Both the position numbers and the translations under genes were made by a program. Below are positions 41,287 through 55,361 of a stretch of 59,877 nt of DNA, one piece after another; positions within the stretch are counted from its first letter, which is position 1, and every line of letters starts with the position of its first letter. Where the stretch lies: the NCBI GenBank assembly GCA_051294375.1, contig CM119270.1:12703805-12763681 (forward strand), given 5' to 3'. Source of the stretch: Paraspadella gotoi (taxonomy: Eukaryota; Animalia; Chaetognatha). Under the pieces are notes generated by a model. The model did no database searches. It worked only from the letters and a program-made list of their open reading frames with translations, and was not told where the DNA came from.

Positions 41287-41651
41287 TCTCTCGAGGTCTT
41301 TATTTATCGTTGCGGGCGATATTTGTTCCGTTGGGAGAACAGAAAAAACACACACACCGACTCTTCGGGAAAAAAAGTAAGGAAGGCGGGAAAGAAAAGT
41401 AAGTTAAGCGGGCGAAGAACTAAGGAAAGTCTTGAACGGGTAAAAGGGAAAGAAAGTTGAGATCTCCTGCAGGGAGATTTATCTATTCTCTTTTTCCCCA
41501 AGAAACTCCATACATTCTCATCGTGAAGGCGCGATGGGAGGTCCTATCATGTCTTCCCCTTTTCTCTCTTTTTAACTCGCATTCAAAAAATTTGTCTCCG
41601 TCTCCATTTCTCTCGCTCTCTCTCTCGCTTTTTCTCTCGGACTTTCTCTGA

Positions 41652-41732
<81 letters not shown>

Positions 41733-41892
41733 TCTTCTTTATCTTCGTCTTCTTCTCTCTCCCAAAGCTCCTCTCTTCTTTGTTTGTATTTTTTTTCCTT
41801 TTCTCCTTTTTTTCTAATTTTGTTCTCTTTTCTTTTTTTTTCTTTTTGCCTCCTTCATTCTCTTTTTTTCTCTTCTCCTGTTTTCTCCGCAG

Positions 41893-41984
41893 GGCTCAGG
41901 GATTCATAGAAAACTTAATCAAATTACTCCTGAATTCCCTTTCCGAAAATATCCCGCGACCAATGAGAGAGGAATGAAAGAGAG
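41893..41984 (+). CDS. Isolated candidate exon (AQGFIENLIKLLLNSLSENIPRPM...)
   Basis: Long pyrimidine tract + CCGCAG acceptor and AG|GTAGGT donor; a unique island between microsatellites. Frame uncertain. Confidence 0.4.
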
Positions 41985-42010
41985 GTAGGTAGGAAAAAAG
42001 GCCCTGAGAA

Positions 42011-42089
<79 letters not shown>

Positions 42090-42225
42090 GAGGCGAGAGA
42101 GAGAGATAGGAGAGAGAGACCCGACGATAATGATCTTTCCTCTGCGGAGATTGTATTACTATATTCGGCCATTTTCCTCGATTAGTTTTTTTGGACGAAT
42201 GCTTTATTTGAACCGACCTTCAGTC

Positions 42226-42286
<61 letters not shown>

Positions 42287-45200
42287 CTCCCTCATTCTCA
42301 CCAAGGCTACCCCGAACGCCGTCTGAATTTAGAAGAGGCCGTGAGACTGTTCCTTTTATCTCTCTCCCTCTTCTCTCCTTTGATTATAATTTTTTTTCCT
42401 TTCAATTCCGTTTTTCTTGTTTCCTTTTTTCTCCTTTCATTTACTCATTTACCTCTAACTCTCTCTCTATTTTTGACCGCCCAGCTTTTTTGGTTCCTTT
42501 TTTTATTCGACAACCTTTTCCTTTTTTTAAGTCACTTCCTTTCATTTTTTTTTCATTTTTCTTCTCACACTTTTTCCCCATTCCATTTTCTAGCCTTCCT
42601 ATTTCTCTATCCCATTTCACTCTCTCTATTATTCCCTTTACTACCTTCCTTCCTTTCTTCCTTCTCCCTCTCCTTTCCCCATTCTATTTTTCTCCCCTTT
42701 CACCTCAACCTTACCTTCTCCTCTTCCCCCACCCGACCCGAACCGATGCTCCTGAATTATTAACCATACGCGGGTCTCATGACCTTTCCTTAATCTCACC
42801 CTGTCGCCCTCAACCGACTGGGTCGCGCAGCCTTACCTCAATTGAATTTAATCACCTTGCCCCATATTATCCCTTCCAATTATTAACTTTTCCTCGGTTT
42901 TCTCGAACGAACTAAGACGACCTTACTTCATTCTTACCCCTTTACTTACCCTCACACATACCGATTTCAGCCAATCGCTCGTAGCTCGTCTTCGGTTTTA
43001 TCGTCCTAACGAGCAGCCCGCTATTTAGATTGAACGAACATCGTTTATACGGATCACCTCACCCACGCCTTACTCGAGCGCGAGAGATAACTTACCTCGC
43101 TCCGCCGAAATCGTTTAAGACCTCAGTCCTCCCCGACCTTCGCGATTCTACTCTCCTCACCTCCCTCTGCCCACCTCCGCATTTTTATCTACTTTCTGCC
43201 CACGTGACTTCCATCGTCGGTCATTTAGAACTCACCTTTTTTTTCTATTTAGGTCTCGCACAACTCACTTACTTCTTTTTAACCCATTACCCCTTCATTT
43301 GTCTCACTTATCTCGTGACAACTTATTTCGAATTCTTTGAATTATTTTTTTGCCTTCCTGTCTGTTTTTGTTCCCGAAGCCGCTTTCCTTGGTTCACACC
43401 CCCGTTTTCGTATCACAGATATTTTGTGAATGAATGTGAACAGTGAAAGCTCTTCACCATCTCCTCCCCCAATTTTTTCCTCCCTCATTCCCTCCGTTCA
43501 TTTTTTTTTTTTGAAAGCCTCAAGAAATGAATCGAAAATGAGGCTTTTTATCTCTGTACATTTTTTTTAAACTTTTTTTTCTCTATTCTTATTCTCTTTT
43601 GTGCCAACATTTTTTTTCTCTAAAGTCGAGATCCTCATGAATAAAATAAAAACCGCGAGATAGGTTTATGATTTGTATCATCGCCTTAAAAAACGGGACT
43701 TTTCCTTTCTCCTAATTTACTGTTTATTCTTTATATTGTTTTATCTCTATTCTAGTTTTCATATATTCGGTTTTTAACTCGGAAACGATCAAAGGCATTT
43801 TTTATTGCATTTTGAATAATTGCAATTCGCTCGTTGGAAGCCAAGGGGAGAGATCTCGACGTTTTCGTTGGTGTTTGGTTTTTTTTATTGGTCAAGCAAA
43901 AAATATCAAACGAGATTAATTCAATTGTCTCTTCGTTGCGCAGCGCAGCGTCGTGCAATTTTCGAAAGAGGTGTGCGAACCTTACACGGTTCAGACCTTG
44001 GCGCCCATTTAACCGTATATGCAAATCACTGACTCTCACTAGCGGAATTCGAACGCTTAGTCTCTCTCTCTNNNNNNNNNNNNNNNNNNNNNNNNNNNNN
44101 NNNNNNNNNNNNNNNNNNNNNNNNNNNNNNNNNNNNNNNNNNNNNNNNNNNNNNNNNNNNNNNNNNNNNNNNNNNNNNNNNNNNNNNNNNNNNNNNNNNN
44201 NNNNNNNNNNNNNNNNNNCTTTTGTCCAATCCTTGAAGGGGAATTCAATTATGGTTAGACTAAATTTTCTCCTCCCTCCTTTTTCACATCACGAATTTCG
44301 CTCGTCCGAATTCCTTTCCGGATGTACTACTGTCGGAAAATCGATAGTCTTTATTACATCCGGGGAAAGCAGAAGAAAATTCTTATATTCAAGGGATTCG
44401 TATAATCCCGTCTGCAATTTGAAGGGGCAACGACCGAATCGAGGCCACGATTTGAGAATCGTCGCGTTTAATGGCACATAGCATTTGAAAGCTCGCATCG
44501 AAAGAAATCGAAAACGAGACAAAGAATTGAAAATTGTGGCAGAATGGCATGCTGAAGTATTGAACTCCCATACAGTTGAATAAGCGCGTTAGAGCATCAA
44601 AAAAACAATTTCAGTTGAGAGTAAAATATGGCTAGAAAGGCGCCACGAAACAAAATGCTTCTATGGAAAGTCCAATACCTTGTGCAATACAAAAAAGTTG
44701 TCGCTTCCGCTGGAGTGCTGGTATTTTTAAATTTCAACTGAAATTTTTNNNNNNNNNNNNNNNNNNNNNNNNNGGCCCATAATAGTTTGACAAGTGACTA
44801 TCTTTGTTTACGAACGCTTCACCTTTGGCAGCACACTCCCATCGAGTGATATCGTGCCCCTCTCGTGCGGTAATGCGGCACGAAAGCTTACCCCATGTGG
44901 TATAGTTTAGAATGCCCAGATTTTTGGCACGGCCACGCCTATAAGCGCCCCTGCCTCCCTTTGTTCCTCTCTGGGCTTCCTCTCTTAACCGCCTCGTACT
45001 TGCCGCTGTCTCTCTAGCTATCGCGTCCTTCCGTCATTTCCAGCCTTCACAGATAAGTCTCGTCTCACTCAAGTCGCCGGAGACCGACTGGCACTTCGCG
45101 TCCTCGTAATCACCGCGACTGCAATTCGTCGCCTCGCGCGCGCGACTCGCACACTCTCTCCACAACTAGACCAGCGTGCGTGACCTGCTCTCTCTACCCG

Positions 45201-45967
45201 TATGCTCGCCACTGCTTCTCACGCGACGTATTATGAATTTTAACTCTTGTCTCTCCGGATTTTAACATTCATCTATGGCTCTCATATTAAAACTGCGTAA
45301 ACACATACCCAGCCCGTCACATGTTCCCGGTCAAATATATTAACCATGCCTCTGCGTAACTTTTCTCCTAATTATCTTCTTAGAACTACACTACCACATA
45401 AACTAATAAATGGCAAATAAATGGAGGAAGATCAACGGCGAATATTAAATGGCGGAACTCTGAGCCGCCCTACAAATCTACGACATCAATCACAAAATTC
45501 TGTTCGTTTTAAAGTTTTAAATGGCCTCGTAATTCGAAAGTCTTTTGTGTGTTGGCATCCGTTCGACCATGAACGATATCTTCATAACCTTTCTTACCTA
45601 CAAAAAAATTTTTATGGACATTATCTCGGAAGTTATGGGAAAACTAATTTTTTTCTACGCGAGAATTTGAATGTTTTATTCTTTTTTTTTGAAATGTTCT
45701 TTAACTAATACTGAATACTATTATAGAAATACCTACGGTTTCTATTTTATTACGATACATGAACGTATTGCACCACCATAAAAAAAATGAGAAGAGAAGG
45801 CGTGACCCAAAAAAAAATCCAACATGGAATTCAAATGAGAATCGTTTATGGCTTCTCAAAAAAAAAAAGTTTTCCTGATGGATGAAGGGAGAGAGAGAGA
45901 GATAAGTCGTCTTTGTCGTCGTCAATGAATTCATGACCTCTAACGTTATTGCTTTCTTTTTCGGCAG

Positions 45968-46019
45968 CAAAGAGAGGGAGTTCTGCTGAGGACTTGGTGA
46001 AGGCAGAAATGGAAAGAAA
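45968..46019 (+). CDS. 5' part of a split exon (KRGSSAEDLVKAEMERK...)
   Basis: Acceptor GCTTTCTTTTTCGGCAG; open frame up to the 25-N gap. Its last 19 nt recur at 55362-55380. Confidence 0.5.
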
Positions 46020-46494
46020 NNNNNNNNNNNNNNNNNNNNNNNNNCTATATAACTATATATATTACTATCTATGTTAAAATATATTATATTTGAAATATTC
46101 TTAAAATTTGAAAATTGGTTTAATAAAAAATACTAAATATTTATAATAGACAAAAAAATTAATATAAAGATTAGTTTATCTGTTATCGGACGTTATGAAG
46201 GAATTTTGGGTAAGATCACTTTCAACGACTAACCAACCTTAACTACCACCGGTCCCCTTGTTTGTTATCATCCGACTTTTGTTTTCCCTCTAACATCGGC
46301 GTTTTCAGTTTATACAATAATATAATTATTCATTTAATTTTTTCGTTTCATTATTTTTTTACATTTTAGTTAGTTGAAAAATAGCATTTTATAAATATAA
46401 TATTATCAAAAATCAATATAGCTTTAATTAAAATAGTACGTTTTTTATACATTTTATTAATTGTAGAAATAATTTCTTGAAAAAAAATTTGGCA

Positions 46495-46625
46495 TGTTAA
46501 GTTGGTTAGGTTAAAGGTTGTTAGGGTTAAGGTTAATTACGATTAAGGGTAATTGTAGATTAAGGGTGTTAGGGTTATGGGTTTTTAAAGGTGGTAAAGG
46601 TCAAGGGTGGTTAGGTTCTAAGGTA
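46495..46625 (+). repeat. Degenerate (GGTTA/TTAGGG)-like array
   Basis: GTTGGTTAGGTTAAAGGTTGTTAGGGTTAAGGTTA...TTAGGGTTATGGG...GGTTAGG. Confidence 0.55.
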
Positions 46626-47160
46626 TTTTAAATTAAATTTTGTAAATTAAAAGTTTTCTGCTTTTATCAATATTTTTTTATTTTTTGCGTAAAAAAATTT
46701 CAATATGTCATCATAGGAAACGAAAAACAAATAACTGACCCGCAAAAAACCGCGTCGGCGGAATATACAATTTAACCAGAATTTTTTTTTAACGTTACTA
46801 TTTATCACACTTTTAAAAGATCATATAAATAATTTCTTTTAAAATCTATAACAATTTATAAGTACAATAAATAAATAATCCTTAAATATTTCTTTCATAT
46901 GTACTTGATAATAAAGCAAGTAAAAAAATAATGTTTAATATTAAATGATATGAAAGATTAGCAAAATATCTTTGTCCACGAATGTTTTTCGGGTTGTTTA
47001 CTCCTGAATTTTAAGATCTTGTGATCTGGTTTGGCTTACTAGAATTCAGACAGATGATCCGTTTAGTTTTCCAGTAAAAAACATGCTGATCAGATTCCGA
47101 ATGAACGATAACAGATTGATCCGACTCAATTTTTAGAATTTTCCTAAAAACTTATTTAAA

Positions 47161-49610
47161 ATGATGAGAGTAAATTACAACCACCTACGTAAGCGTTCTC
47201 AGATAATATGTCAAACACCGGAAAAAGCAATATTTAAGTTTTTAGCGAAAAATAAAAAGTCGGAACAATACTGTTCACTTAAAAATTTGGATCATTTATT
47301 ATTTCAACTTTTCCTATCATTTACTTGGCTTCAATAGCATTACAAACCAAAGGTCCTATTTACTACGGGACTGGCTTTGTCGCTGACTGAATTTCTGTTC
47401 TTACTATTCCTCAGGTAAATGCACTGCTTTTTTCAAACACAACGCCACAATAAATACTTGAAATGATATTAAATTTCAGGGAATGGCTTATGGTTTGCTT
47501 GCGTCAACAACTCCGATAAATGGATATACACCATCTTTCCTGGCTCCGAACATATACTGCTTTTCGGTAACAAAATGTTCAGTATGCCCTAACTGTAACA
47601 ATTGTTGCATAATGCATCCCTCTCATAGGAACATCACGGCAATATATCATAGGAACTATGGCAATTGTGGCACTTATACCATCTACTCGCGATCCACTCG
47701 TCGATCTCGTTATTTATCAACAGCTAAATAGCTCTATAAGCCCTTAATAACAGCAAGTTTTTTTAATTATGGAAGAAGATCCAACGTATACAGACTAAAA
47801 GGGTAATATGCGTTACTTCGGTAACTATTGTTTGTGGACCGCATTCAATTTTTTATGGGGTATTCCGATTTGGGGGGGAATATTGGCTAACTACAGTGTC
47901 CGAGCATTAACTAAAGGCTTTACAACGGCCTGTGCGTATTATGCTTTGATTGCCCAGCTTAAAAATATCAACAGGAATTAAGGACGCCGCGACCCGAAGT
48001 GGAATTTTAAATTTAATCATATTCATGCAAGGGTTGGATTCCTCAATATGTTTAACCGTTTTATTATTAACAGACTTACAGAATATTATTAAAAATTTTA
48101 CGAGTTTTTATTACTTCTAGATTTATGAACTTTAAACGTCTATCAATTGGCGGAGTAGCTTATTTGTTTAACAGCGATGTGATAACTTTATAGTGTAAAG
48201 GCTTATCTCAGTCCTTATCCTGCAAAACGATTCTGGAAAAATATCCCACTCCCCAATCTATCGACATAATTATTGTCATATTATCAACCGTGATATCATG
48301 GGCTATTGACCTCAAGTATTGATACTGTAGCCGAACAATACCAGCTGGTCTAACCAGTGCTCATTACCTCGATTGAATATTAGGCCATCAATGGTATTAG
48401 ATTGTTTTCACGCTAGCTCTCATGCATTTCGCAATCGCGATATCAATGGCCTAAAAATTATGGCAGAAGGTGAACTTAACTACCATTACAAGCTTTCGGT
48501 GTTTAATACAACCAATGAGTAAATTACTTTTCCCGAAAACAGAAACCAATATAAAGTTGATTCCAACAAAGAATTAACAGCTATGGAATACTGAAATTTT
48601 GTAACGGCATTCTTCGCATGTGAGGTAACCGGTTCAATTTGCCAACGATAAAATATGAACACCCTTAAAAAACGGTGTTTTTTTTTCAGCCCTTCATCTG
48701 CGGCCCATTTTCGGGGACACTACTAATGGATTCTCTAGGAGCAGCTTCTCAATTATCGGATTATATTTCAAGCATTGTATTACTATATTGTCCTTGGCCG
48801 TTTTGCCCTCTTTTTGAGCATTTGCCAAAATCGTTTTGGGAGCATCATCATTACCCACTCAGAAGCATGTTGTCTCAGGGTATTAAATCAAAGTCATATA
48901 TAATTGTTTATTTATTATTCTCATTTTTTTCCTTCCTAAGATTAAAGATTTACCAATGCTATGGAAATGTTCGGGTTTGATTTCGCAATATGGACTATAA
49001 CGTTTTTGACTACCTTATTATTAGACATTCAATATGGATTAGAGCGCGCGGAATTATCTTTCTATACTAAGCATAGTGCTACGGAATCAACGGCCCAAGA
49101 TAGAAATCTAGGTTATTTCGCCAGAAACTAATTCTCTTCGCGAAGCGATATCGATAAATATGAGGAGTTGAATAAGTACCCGGGGGTAAAAATAACTCAG
49201 ACCCCCAATTCATTTTTATTTTATGGCAATTTTGAAAGCGTAATCGATAAGATTAATCAAGAAATAACTAAAAAATCCTCTCCTATATGTGACGGAGAAA
49301 CGTTGCTTTACAAAAACACGAGCTGGTTATACTTGATTTTAGTTCGGTAGCTTTTTTGTGCACCTTCTCTGAATGAAAGCTATAGAAGGTTTAGTAAAAT
49401 CTTACACAAAAAATCCTGTTCGTTTTTACTAATATTTAGATAGCAAATTATTAAAACATTTAGGGCAATCTCCCCAAAAATGTGTCAGGAAAAACAACAT
49501 TGTTTTTTAAATAATACATGGTGCGAGTAAGCTACTGGGTAGATGAAAAAGCTAACAGCTAAAATTAATTCAAATACAACTAATATGACAGTAATAGAAA
49601 AAAATTAAAT
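47161..49610 (+). CDS. SLC26/SulP family anion transporter (prestin/pendrin-like) with STAS domain; multi-exon, many apparent sequencing frameshifts; ends approximate
   Basis: TIPQ|GMAYGLLASTTPING, |GTSR..GTMAIVAL, LTKGFTTACAYYALIAQLK, VDSNKELTA, TLLMDSLGAASQLSDYISSIVLL, PLFEHLPKS, DFAIWTITFLTTLLLDIQYGL, RNQRPK, YPGVKI..FYGN, ILDFSSVAF. GT-AG introns at 47415-47479 (65 nt) and 47567-47628 (62 nt). Confidence 0.9.
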
Positions 49611-49769
49611 TCATATCGAAATGTATTGTTATAAAAATTAATTTTTTTTTAAATCAGAACCTCACGATATTACTCTCATTCCGAGGACAAAAAAACGGCG
49701 TTTTGTGCTTTCAATTGTTTTAAAATTTTCAAGTTCCCATCAGCAAATTAAAAATAAATTTCAATATGT

Positions 49770-50700
49770 AGCAAAATGTTAATACTAATTACAGTTGACA
49801 ATAAATAAAGCTGGAGGAATACCGCAATAAAAATGAAAACCTGCGAATGCTTGGCGGTGTCCGAGGCAACTATCACCAACAAGTGAGACCTTCGCCGAGA
49901 CAGTACAGACTTTGCTTGTAAACTCCCAACCAAAGTAGCGCGATGAAGAAGTACGGCCTTGTATGAAGTAACTGGCGCGTTATGAGGGATACGATACGGT
50001 ACATTGCCAAAGAACCAGTGTGTCTCTTTCTCCTGACAATTGATTGCACAAGTTTGAAATAAGTAATACACGCATAAACAGATAGTATTCTTTGCTTAAG
50101 CTGTAAAACTAATTGTTTTTCAAAAATAAATTTGATGTGAAATTAAACGAAATACAATGCCTACCATTTACAAGACCGAGAGAGTTTCTGAAGCAGTGAG
50201 ACGACGAGGCCTTCATCCTGTCGCAACGTGATCTACTGCGTCGGTATGGTTTGAACGTTTGGATTCGTTTCGTAGACATGAAAAATAGACAGCCGCTGTG
50301 CCCAACGCAGGTTTTTTTACAGGACAAGAGGGCGTTGGAATGGGGGGAATGATCGGTGCGGTGGCGAAGTCGACAAAAGCGGACTTTGACGATCACTGAA
50401 ACTGCTACAAATCTGCCTGATTGTTTTAAAGTCGAAAATCCAGAACTACTACATATGCTTTAATGCCTAATATAAAGTTATGACAGATTGATGTAAAAAC
50501 TAATTAATTTTCATCCTTATTTTCGAGCTAGTTTTCATGTGGCTTTTAACAAATACCAAAAACGAGCCAAGCGAGTGGTCTAAATCGTTAACAACAATCC
50601 ACTTACAACTGTAAATCTCAAAGATCTGTTTCTGTTCGGTACGTCAAATCGTAGGTGAGCCTAATCACGATCGTTTCAAGGTGAGCGGAGTGAATTAAAT
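49770..50700 (-). CDS. Unidentified small multi-exon gene candidate between SLC26 and DNAJC21
   Basis: GC-richer blocks (~49800-50033, ~50165-50396, ~50607-50690) with minus-strand AG and GTAAGT/GTAG sites, separated by AT-rich spacers. No recognisable motif. Confidence 0.3.
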
Positions 50701-50916
50701 AACCAAAGCGTATTAAATGATTTGTAATAGAAAGGGGAACAGATAAACTGCAAAAAGACGTCAAGAAGAAAACCTTCTTCTCAGAGCATCGAATTTAACT
50801 GGCACAAGTCCAATTTGCACGTCTCTTTGGTACCCGATTTCTGCCCCCCTGCGTTAACCCGTTTGCTTAGAACGGCAAATGGAATGTATGGTTTTCTTCA
50901 TTTTCCGTTTTCACAT

Positions 50917-53480
50917 TCATCGTTTCCCTTTTTCTTTCCAGGCTTGGAGGAGCCTCAGTTTTAAACTGCGCATGGCCTTCTTTTTAATGTGTCGAACATT
51001 TCGTCCTTGAGGAAGATCGCGCCACAAATCAAAGCAGGATCCTGATTTGGCTTTTTCCGCGGAATTCTGATAAAGGTTAAAAATAAAATTCATTTGAATA
51101 GTACATATTAAGGCACAAAACTCGTCACTTTTCATGGCAATGAATAGCAAGTATCCGGTCTTAATTCGCTATAATTATAAAACCAAATTGGAATAAAAAC
51201 TCTACACATTAAAAAATCGGCCATCAAAATTTAGTATTTCAGTAATACTAAGCAAAAAACTAATGATTTCAAAGAGATGACTGAAAATCGCTTACCTCCC
51301 CGTATGCTGATTTCTTTCTCTCGTGAGGTTCTTCGGCTCCTAAATGAAGTACTCCGGATCCTCGTTCTCTCGTCGCTCGTTCAGTTTCCTATTTCATATA
51401 CCAATCTTTATCTCGGTTCAAGGTTCCACGGAAATATCGTTCCTTGTTCGGCCCTCCTCCTTTTTCCGCCGACTTTTTTTCTTTCCTTTCTTTGCCGAAC
51501 GAGATTGGTTCTTGCGTTGACGCAACTAGTCTCCGCAACATGTCAGTCCGCGTCGTTCGTCAGCGTCATCTATTGCAGAGTCTCGTTTAAACGTTGCTGG
51601 TCGAATCGTTGACGGTGGCGGTGTATCGTCAAATGATGTCTTAACTTTATGTACTGTACGTCATTTGCTGTAGTTTTGCTGCTTCAACGTCGAGTTCGGG
51701 AATACCTCCGTACTAGATTAAACTTTCCATTATGCGGTTTCTTCCTCTAATTCACGTTTTTGCAAAGTTCGACGCCTTCAGCTTTGTGGTTTTTCACAAG
51801 TTTTGCTTCGCCTGCGCCTCTCTTCGTGCCCTCATCATAACCTCTTTCAAATCTCACGTTTTCTGCGGGTTTTTTCGGATTTTTCAGTGGGGTTTGGCGA
51901 AGGCCTTATAAGTGCGGAAGAAGTTTTGTCATAACAACGAGTAGCAGGGGCGCCGTCCGTCGTCTTTGCGCCGGCAGGCAGTGCGGAACGGAAGAAAGTA
52001 ACAAATGCAAATTCATATAAAATCTATGAAGAACAGAACGATCGGGTTTTTCTAAACTCAGCCCAAAGCGCCGTTTCGCTATTCTAAACCGTCAGGTCAG
52101 CTTCTATTGCCGTAAGGATTCCTCGACACAAGCCGTTTTCATCCATCCGTGTTCAGAGTACGACTCCATCGGGCCTCCAGGCCGCTCCAAGCGGATCGCT
52201 CCCGTGCTGGGCCAGATTTACCGAGCCGCCGCTTCGTTTTCGTTCCTTCGACTATTTTTTTGTGAGCCTGTAGAAGAGAAAACAAAGATAAGTAAAGATT
52301 ATTAAATATATTTTTTTGCTTTAAAACGGAAAAAATTAATCTTAATCGGGTCCATTTAATTTACCCTGCACTCTCTGCTGTCGCGCTTTTTCTAACGAAA
52401 TCTGACGATGTTGCGATCTCCTCGTCTTCCTCGGCCTAAACGACTAGCGGGTCTCGTAAACTTTTTTGTTTTCCTCCTCCAATAGCGCGACACGACAGCT
52501 CGGTTTGGCGCCTCCGCGCGTTTCACTTTTCAACACCACACGAAACTCTTAGCAGTGCAGTACGACTCCAGAAAGCGTAAAAAAGGCGCCCACCACCTAG
52601 GGAAATTAATTTCAATAATATACGTCACTAGAGTCTTCTTCTTTCCTCCTGCCGGGTATATTTTGTCTAGCGATAGATACTAATATTTTTCACGCGTTTA
52701 GCTGTTACTCCTCACGAGCCTTTCAATACCCCTCAAGCTAGTTCTCACACTCTTCGTCCCAATCAGACATGGCTGTCCGCCCGGAAGTGTAATAGTTCCG
52801 GACGTCCCCCGGGTTTTCCATCGCGTCGTCTTCGCGAAAGGGATAAGGTCTTCGTCTTGATCTGGAGCGAACATGCGTCCCGCGTAGAGCGAAATAGAAA
52901 AACTCGTTTACGTCGTCCCAAACCTGGCAAATCAGCATTTTATACCATGTACGTGCGTAAACGGCGAAGGAAAAGGCATTTGTTTTCAGTCCCTAACCGT
53001 TTGAAACATGATGAGTTGAAGAATTGAAAGACGTCGATAGGCGTCGATCTGTGGGTAAGTCATTTTGCGTCCACATCTCACGCAAGAATAGCTTCAGCGA
53101 TGTTTGGTTCGTAGACCTAAGGCGCGTTCTTGCGTGGGGTCACTCGACACTTCGTACGCCATGCTGCCACCTTACACCAAGAATGCAGCTTAACTTCCTC
53201 AAAGCAGTCTGGATTTTTGTCTGTGTGGGGTATCCGAACAAATAGCATAATTACAATAATAAATTAATAAATTATTAAAGGTTACAAAAACAGGCTTTAG
53301 CAGTACGTTGACAATAAATCGTAAATAAGTAAGAAAAGCAAAGAGATGTTAGGACTTAAAATACAAAGAACTGTCACCAGGGTGAAATTGAGAGCGAGTT
53401 TCCGGTAAGATTTCTTGATGTCGTCATCGTCGGCGTCTCTGCCCGACGCCGGGCACGTCGTAATGACATTTCATCGGCAT
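50917..53480 (-). CDS. DNAJC21: DnaJ homolog subfamily C member 21 (Jjj1-like; J domain + two C2H2 zinc fingers); multi-exon, indel-damaged
   Basis: Exon 1 (53480-53378) reads MPMKCHYDV..RDADDDDIKKSYRKLAL..HP, then an intron (53377-53221) and DKNP (HPD motif). After indel correction: AYEV.SDP.QERA, IDVFQFFNSSCF, ESYCTAKSFVW, EAPNR, FVRKRD, a central finger near 51.9 kb (FRTYKAFA..EKS) and a terminal CLICGAIF.SR...HIKK.GHA finger near 51.0 kb. Confidence 0.88.
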
Positions 53481-53988
53481 TGTTGCCTTGATCGCGGAAC
53501 TCCGCAAAGAACGCGCCCCATCGGAAGAAATATAGTTTTTGATGATTCACATTCTAGACGTATTTGAAGAAAAATAGTTACCGCGCAGCATTTCAGGCGC
53601 ATCAGTTAAGAGGGCTAAGTAATAACCATTTACAATTATACAGGTTTAGAGTCCATAACGACGTGAGATTAAGATGAAGAAAGCGCCGATTAATGCTTGT
53701 GATTACTACAAAAAAGGTTTTTTGTGTACGCGTCTGCAAACACAGAGTTTTCCCATGAAATTAAGGATGTAAAAAAAATCAACAATTTTTCATAATCGAT
53801 AGTGTTATTACGAATGAAACGCGCACTTTACCATTTTATCACCGCCGGACATCGCCGTATAATGTATTAATCATGCCTGAAACTCCATGACTAGAACTTC
53901 GATATTTATTTTACAATAGAGTTTACCCTGCGTCAAAGTGGTAGTTTATCATATTAGATCCTATCGAGCGTCTGACTTTGTGACACAA

Positions 53989-55340
53989 CTATTCATAGTA
54001 TAAGGAATCCGTATTTGGTCTTGAATGCGAACGAGAACAGAGCCGCGCGTTGTGACAGGCGGAGAGCCTTCCGGCGACCTTTGAAAACGCTGCTCCGCCG
54101 GAAGGGCATTCGCCGAACCCTAATGGCTCTACCGCACCCGCATTCCCCGTCACGCTTGTCGCCGGCGAGCCCGTCGTCCTTGTCCCGAAGTAGCATGTCC
54201 GCGAAGAGATGGCAGAGGAGTTGCAAACTTTTCGAGGCCTGGGAGATTCGCTGCCCACGCGTTTCCCGCCGCGGGGATGTGACGAATCAAACATACAAGC
54301 GTCGAGAGATTGCTTTTGGCGTCCTTGCAAAACGGGTATTGGTGCGTCGCTGGTAGGGCAGGCGGGAGGACGATTCGTTCGTCGAGAGTGGAGGCTGTTG
54401 CGGACGCATCCCAGCGTTCTCTTTTTCCAGCATTTCGTCGAGGAAATCATTTTGAGGAGACGGAAACGTGGGGAATTTTGCGTCGTCCGTGTGGAAATTG
54501 AATTCCCGTGCATTGGGCAAGGACACCGGTTCCTTGGTGGAAGGAGTGACCCTTGAAGCCGTATATCGAAAGGGGAGTGGTCGAAGTGCTTGGGCCGCGA
54601 GCCGCACGAACTTCGAAATCGTCCTCGCGAAGAAGCTTTGAAGAGAAGGCTGAGCGCTTAGAATCGGAAGGGAGGTGTTACCGCTGGCTCGATGACGAAC
54701 CATCAGTCGCGTTGACCGAGTGAGCACGCCTTGCTTGGTGGGCCGCCGAGGTGACTGGGGTTCGCGACGGAAGCGGACAGACCCATTCCCAGGCGGTCGC
54801 CTAGGGGCGGAGACAAAGAAAAACAGAAACATATTACACAAATCGACGCAAACTCAAAACAAAATGGGGGGCGGGTGAGGGGATTGTATAAAAACTGAAG
54901 ACGCTTTTTCCTGTCGAGACTTTTTCAGCGCTGCTGTCCGTCTTCTACATTGTCTTTGATGATGGACACATTGCGCGGCCAGTTCTGTTCAGACCGCCCG
55001 CCGTTCGCCGCTTCCAACGCCGCGCGCGCAATTTTCTTTTCTCGGCTGGCAGCGGCGGAGGAGACGCGGCCTCTGCCGCGCTATGCCGCCATCTTTGCAC
55101 AGATTCAATTGGGATGAGTTTGTGACGGTTGGCACCCAATTTTTTATTAGGACCGCTTTATTGAGCTGGTTCCGCTGCCCAATCACAGATTTTGTTAGCG
55201 GAAGCCGATGAGGCTGTGCTCGGGTCTGCGTCCGAAAGAGTCGGCAACGCTACCACGGAAGGGCTGGGCATTTCCGATGCATCTTTAACCGTAGCATCCG
55301 ATGAAAGTGTGGCAGCGGAACGGCAAGCGCATCGACATCA
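53989..55340 (-). CDS. Unidentified multi-exon gene fragment, Ser/Pro/Arg-rich, weakly TPX2-like
   Basis: GC-rich with several overlapping minus-strand ORFs. Segment PVSLPNAREFNFHTDD and a terminal ..RRMP..GGAAF.. resemble TPX2-type motifs. Frame is broken by indels. Confidence 0.35.
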
Positions 55341-55361
55341 TCTTCTTGGAGTGCACGTCGG

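Noticed and set aside
44890-44940. tRNA-like start (TGTGGTATAGTTTAGAAT)
   Set aside because: No B-box/T-arm or acceptor stem follows.
46495-46625. Interstitial telomere
   Set aside because: Only two or so perfect TTAGGG units in a degenerate array; better described as a simple repeat.
47161-53480. Calling SLC26 and DNAJC21 true pseudogenes
   Set aside because: Conserved motifs and splice sites are intact, and the damage is indel-dominated, consistent with raw long-read error.
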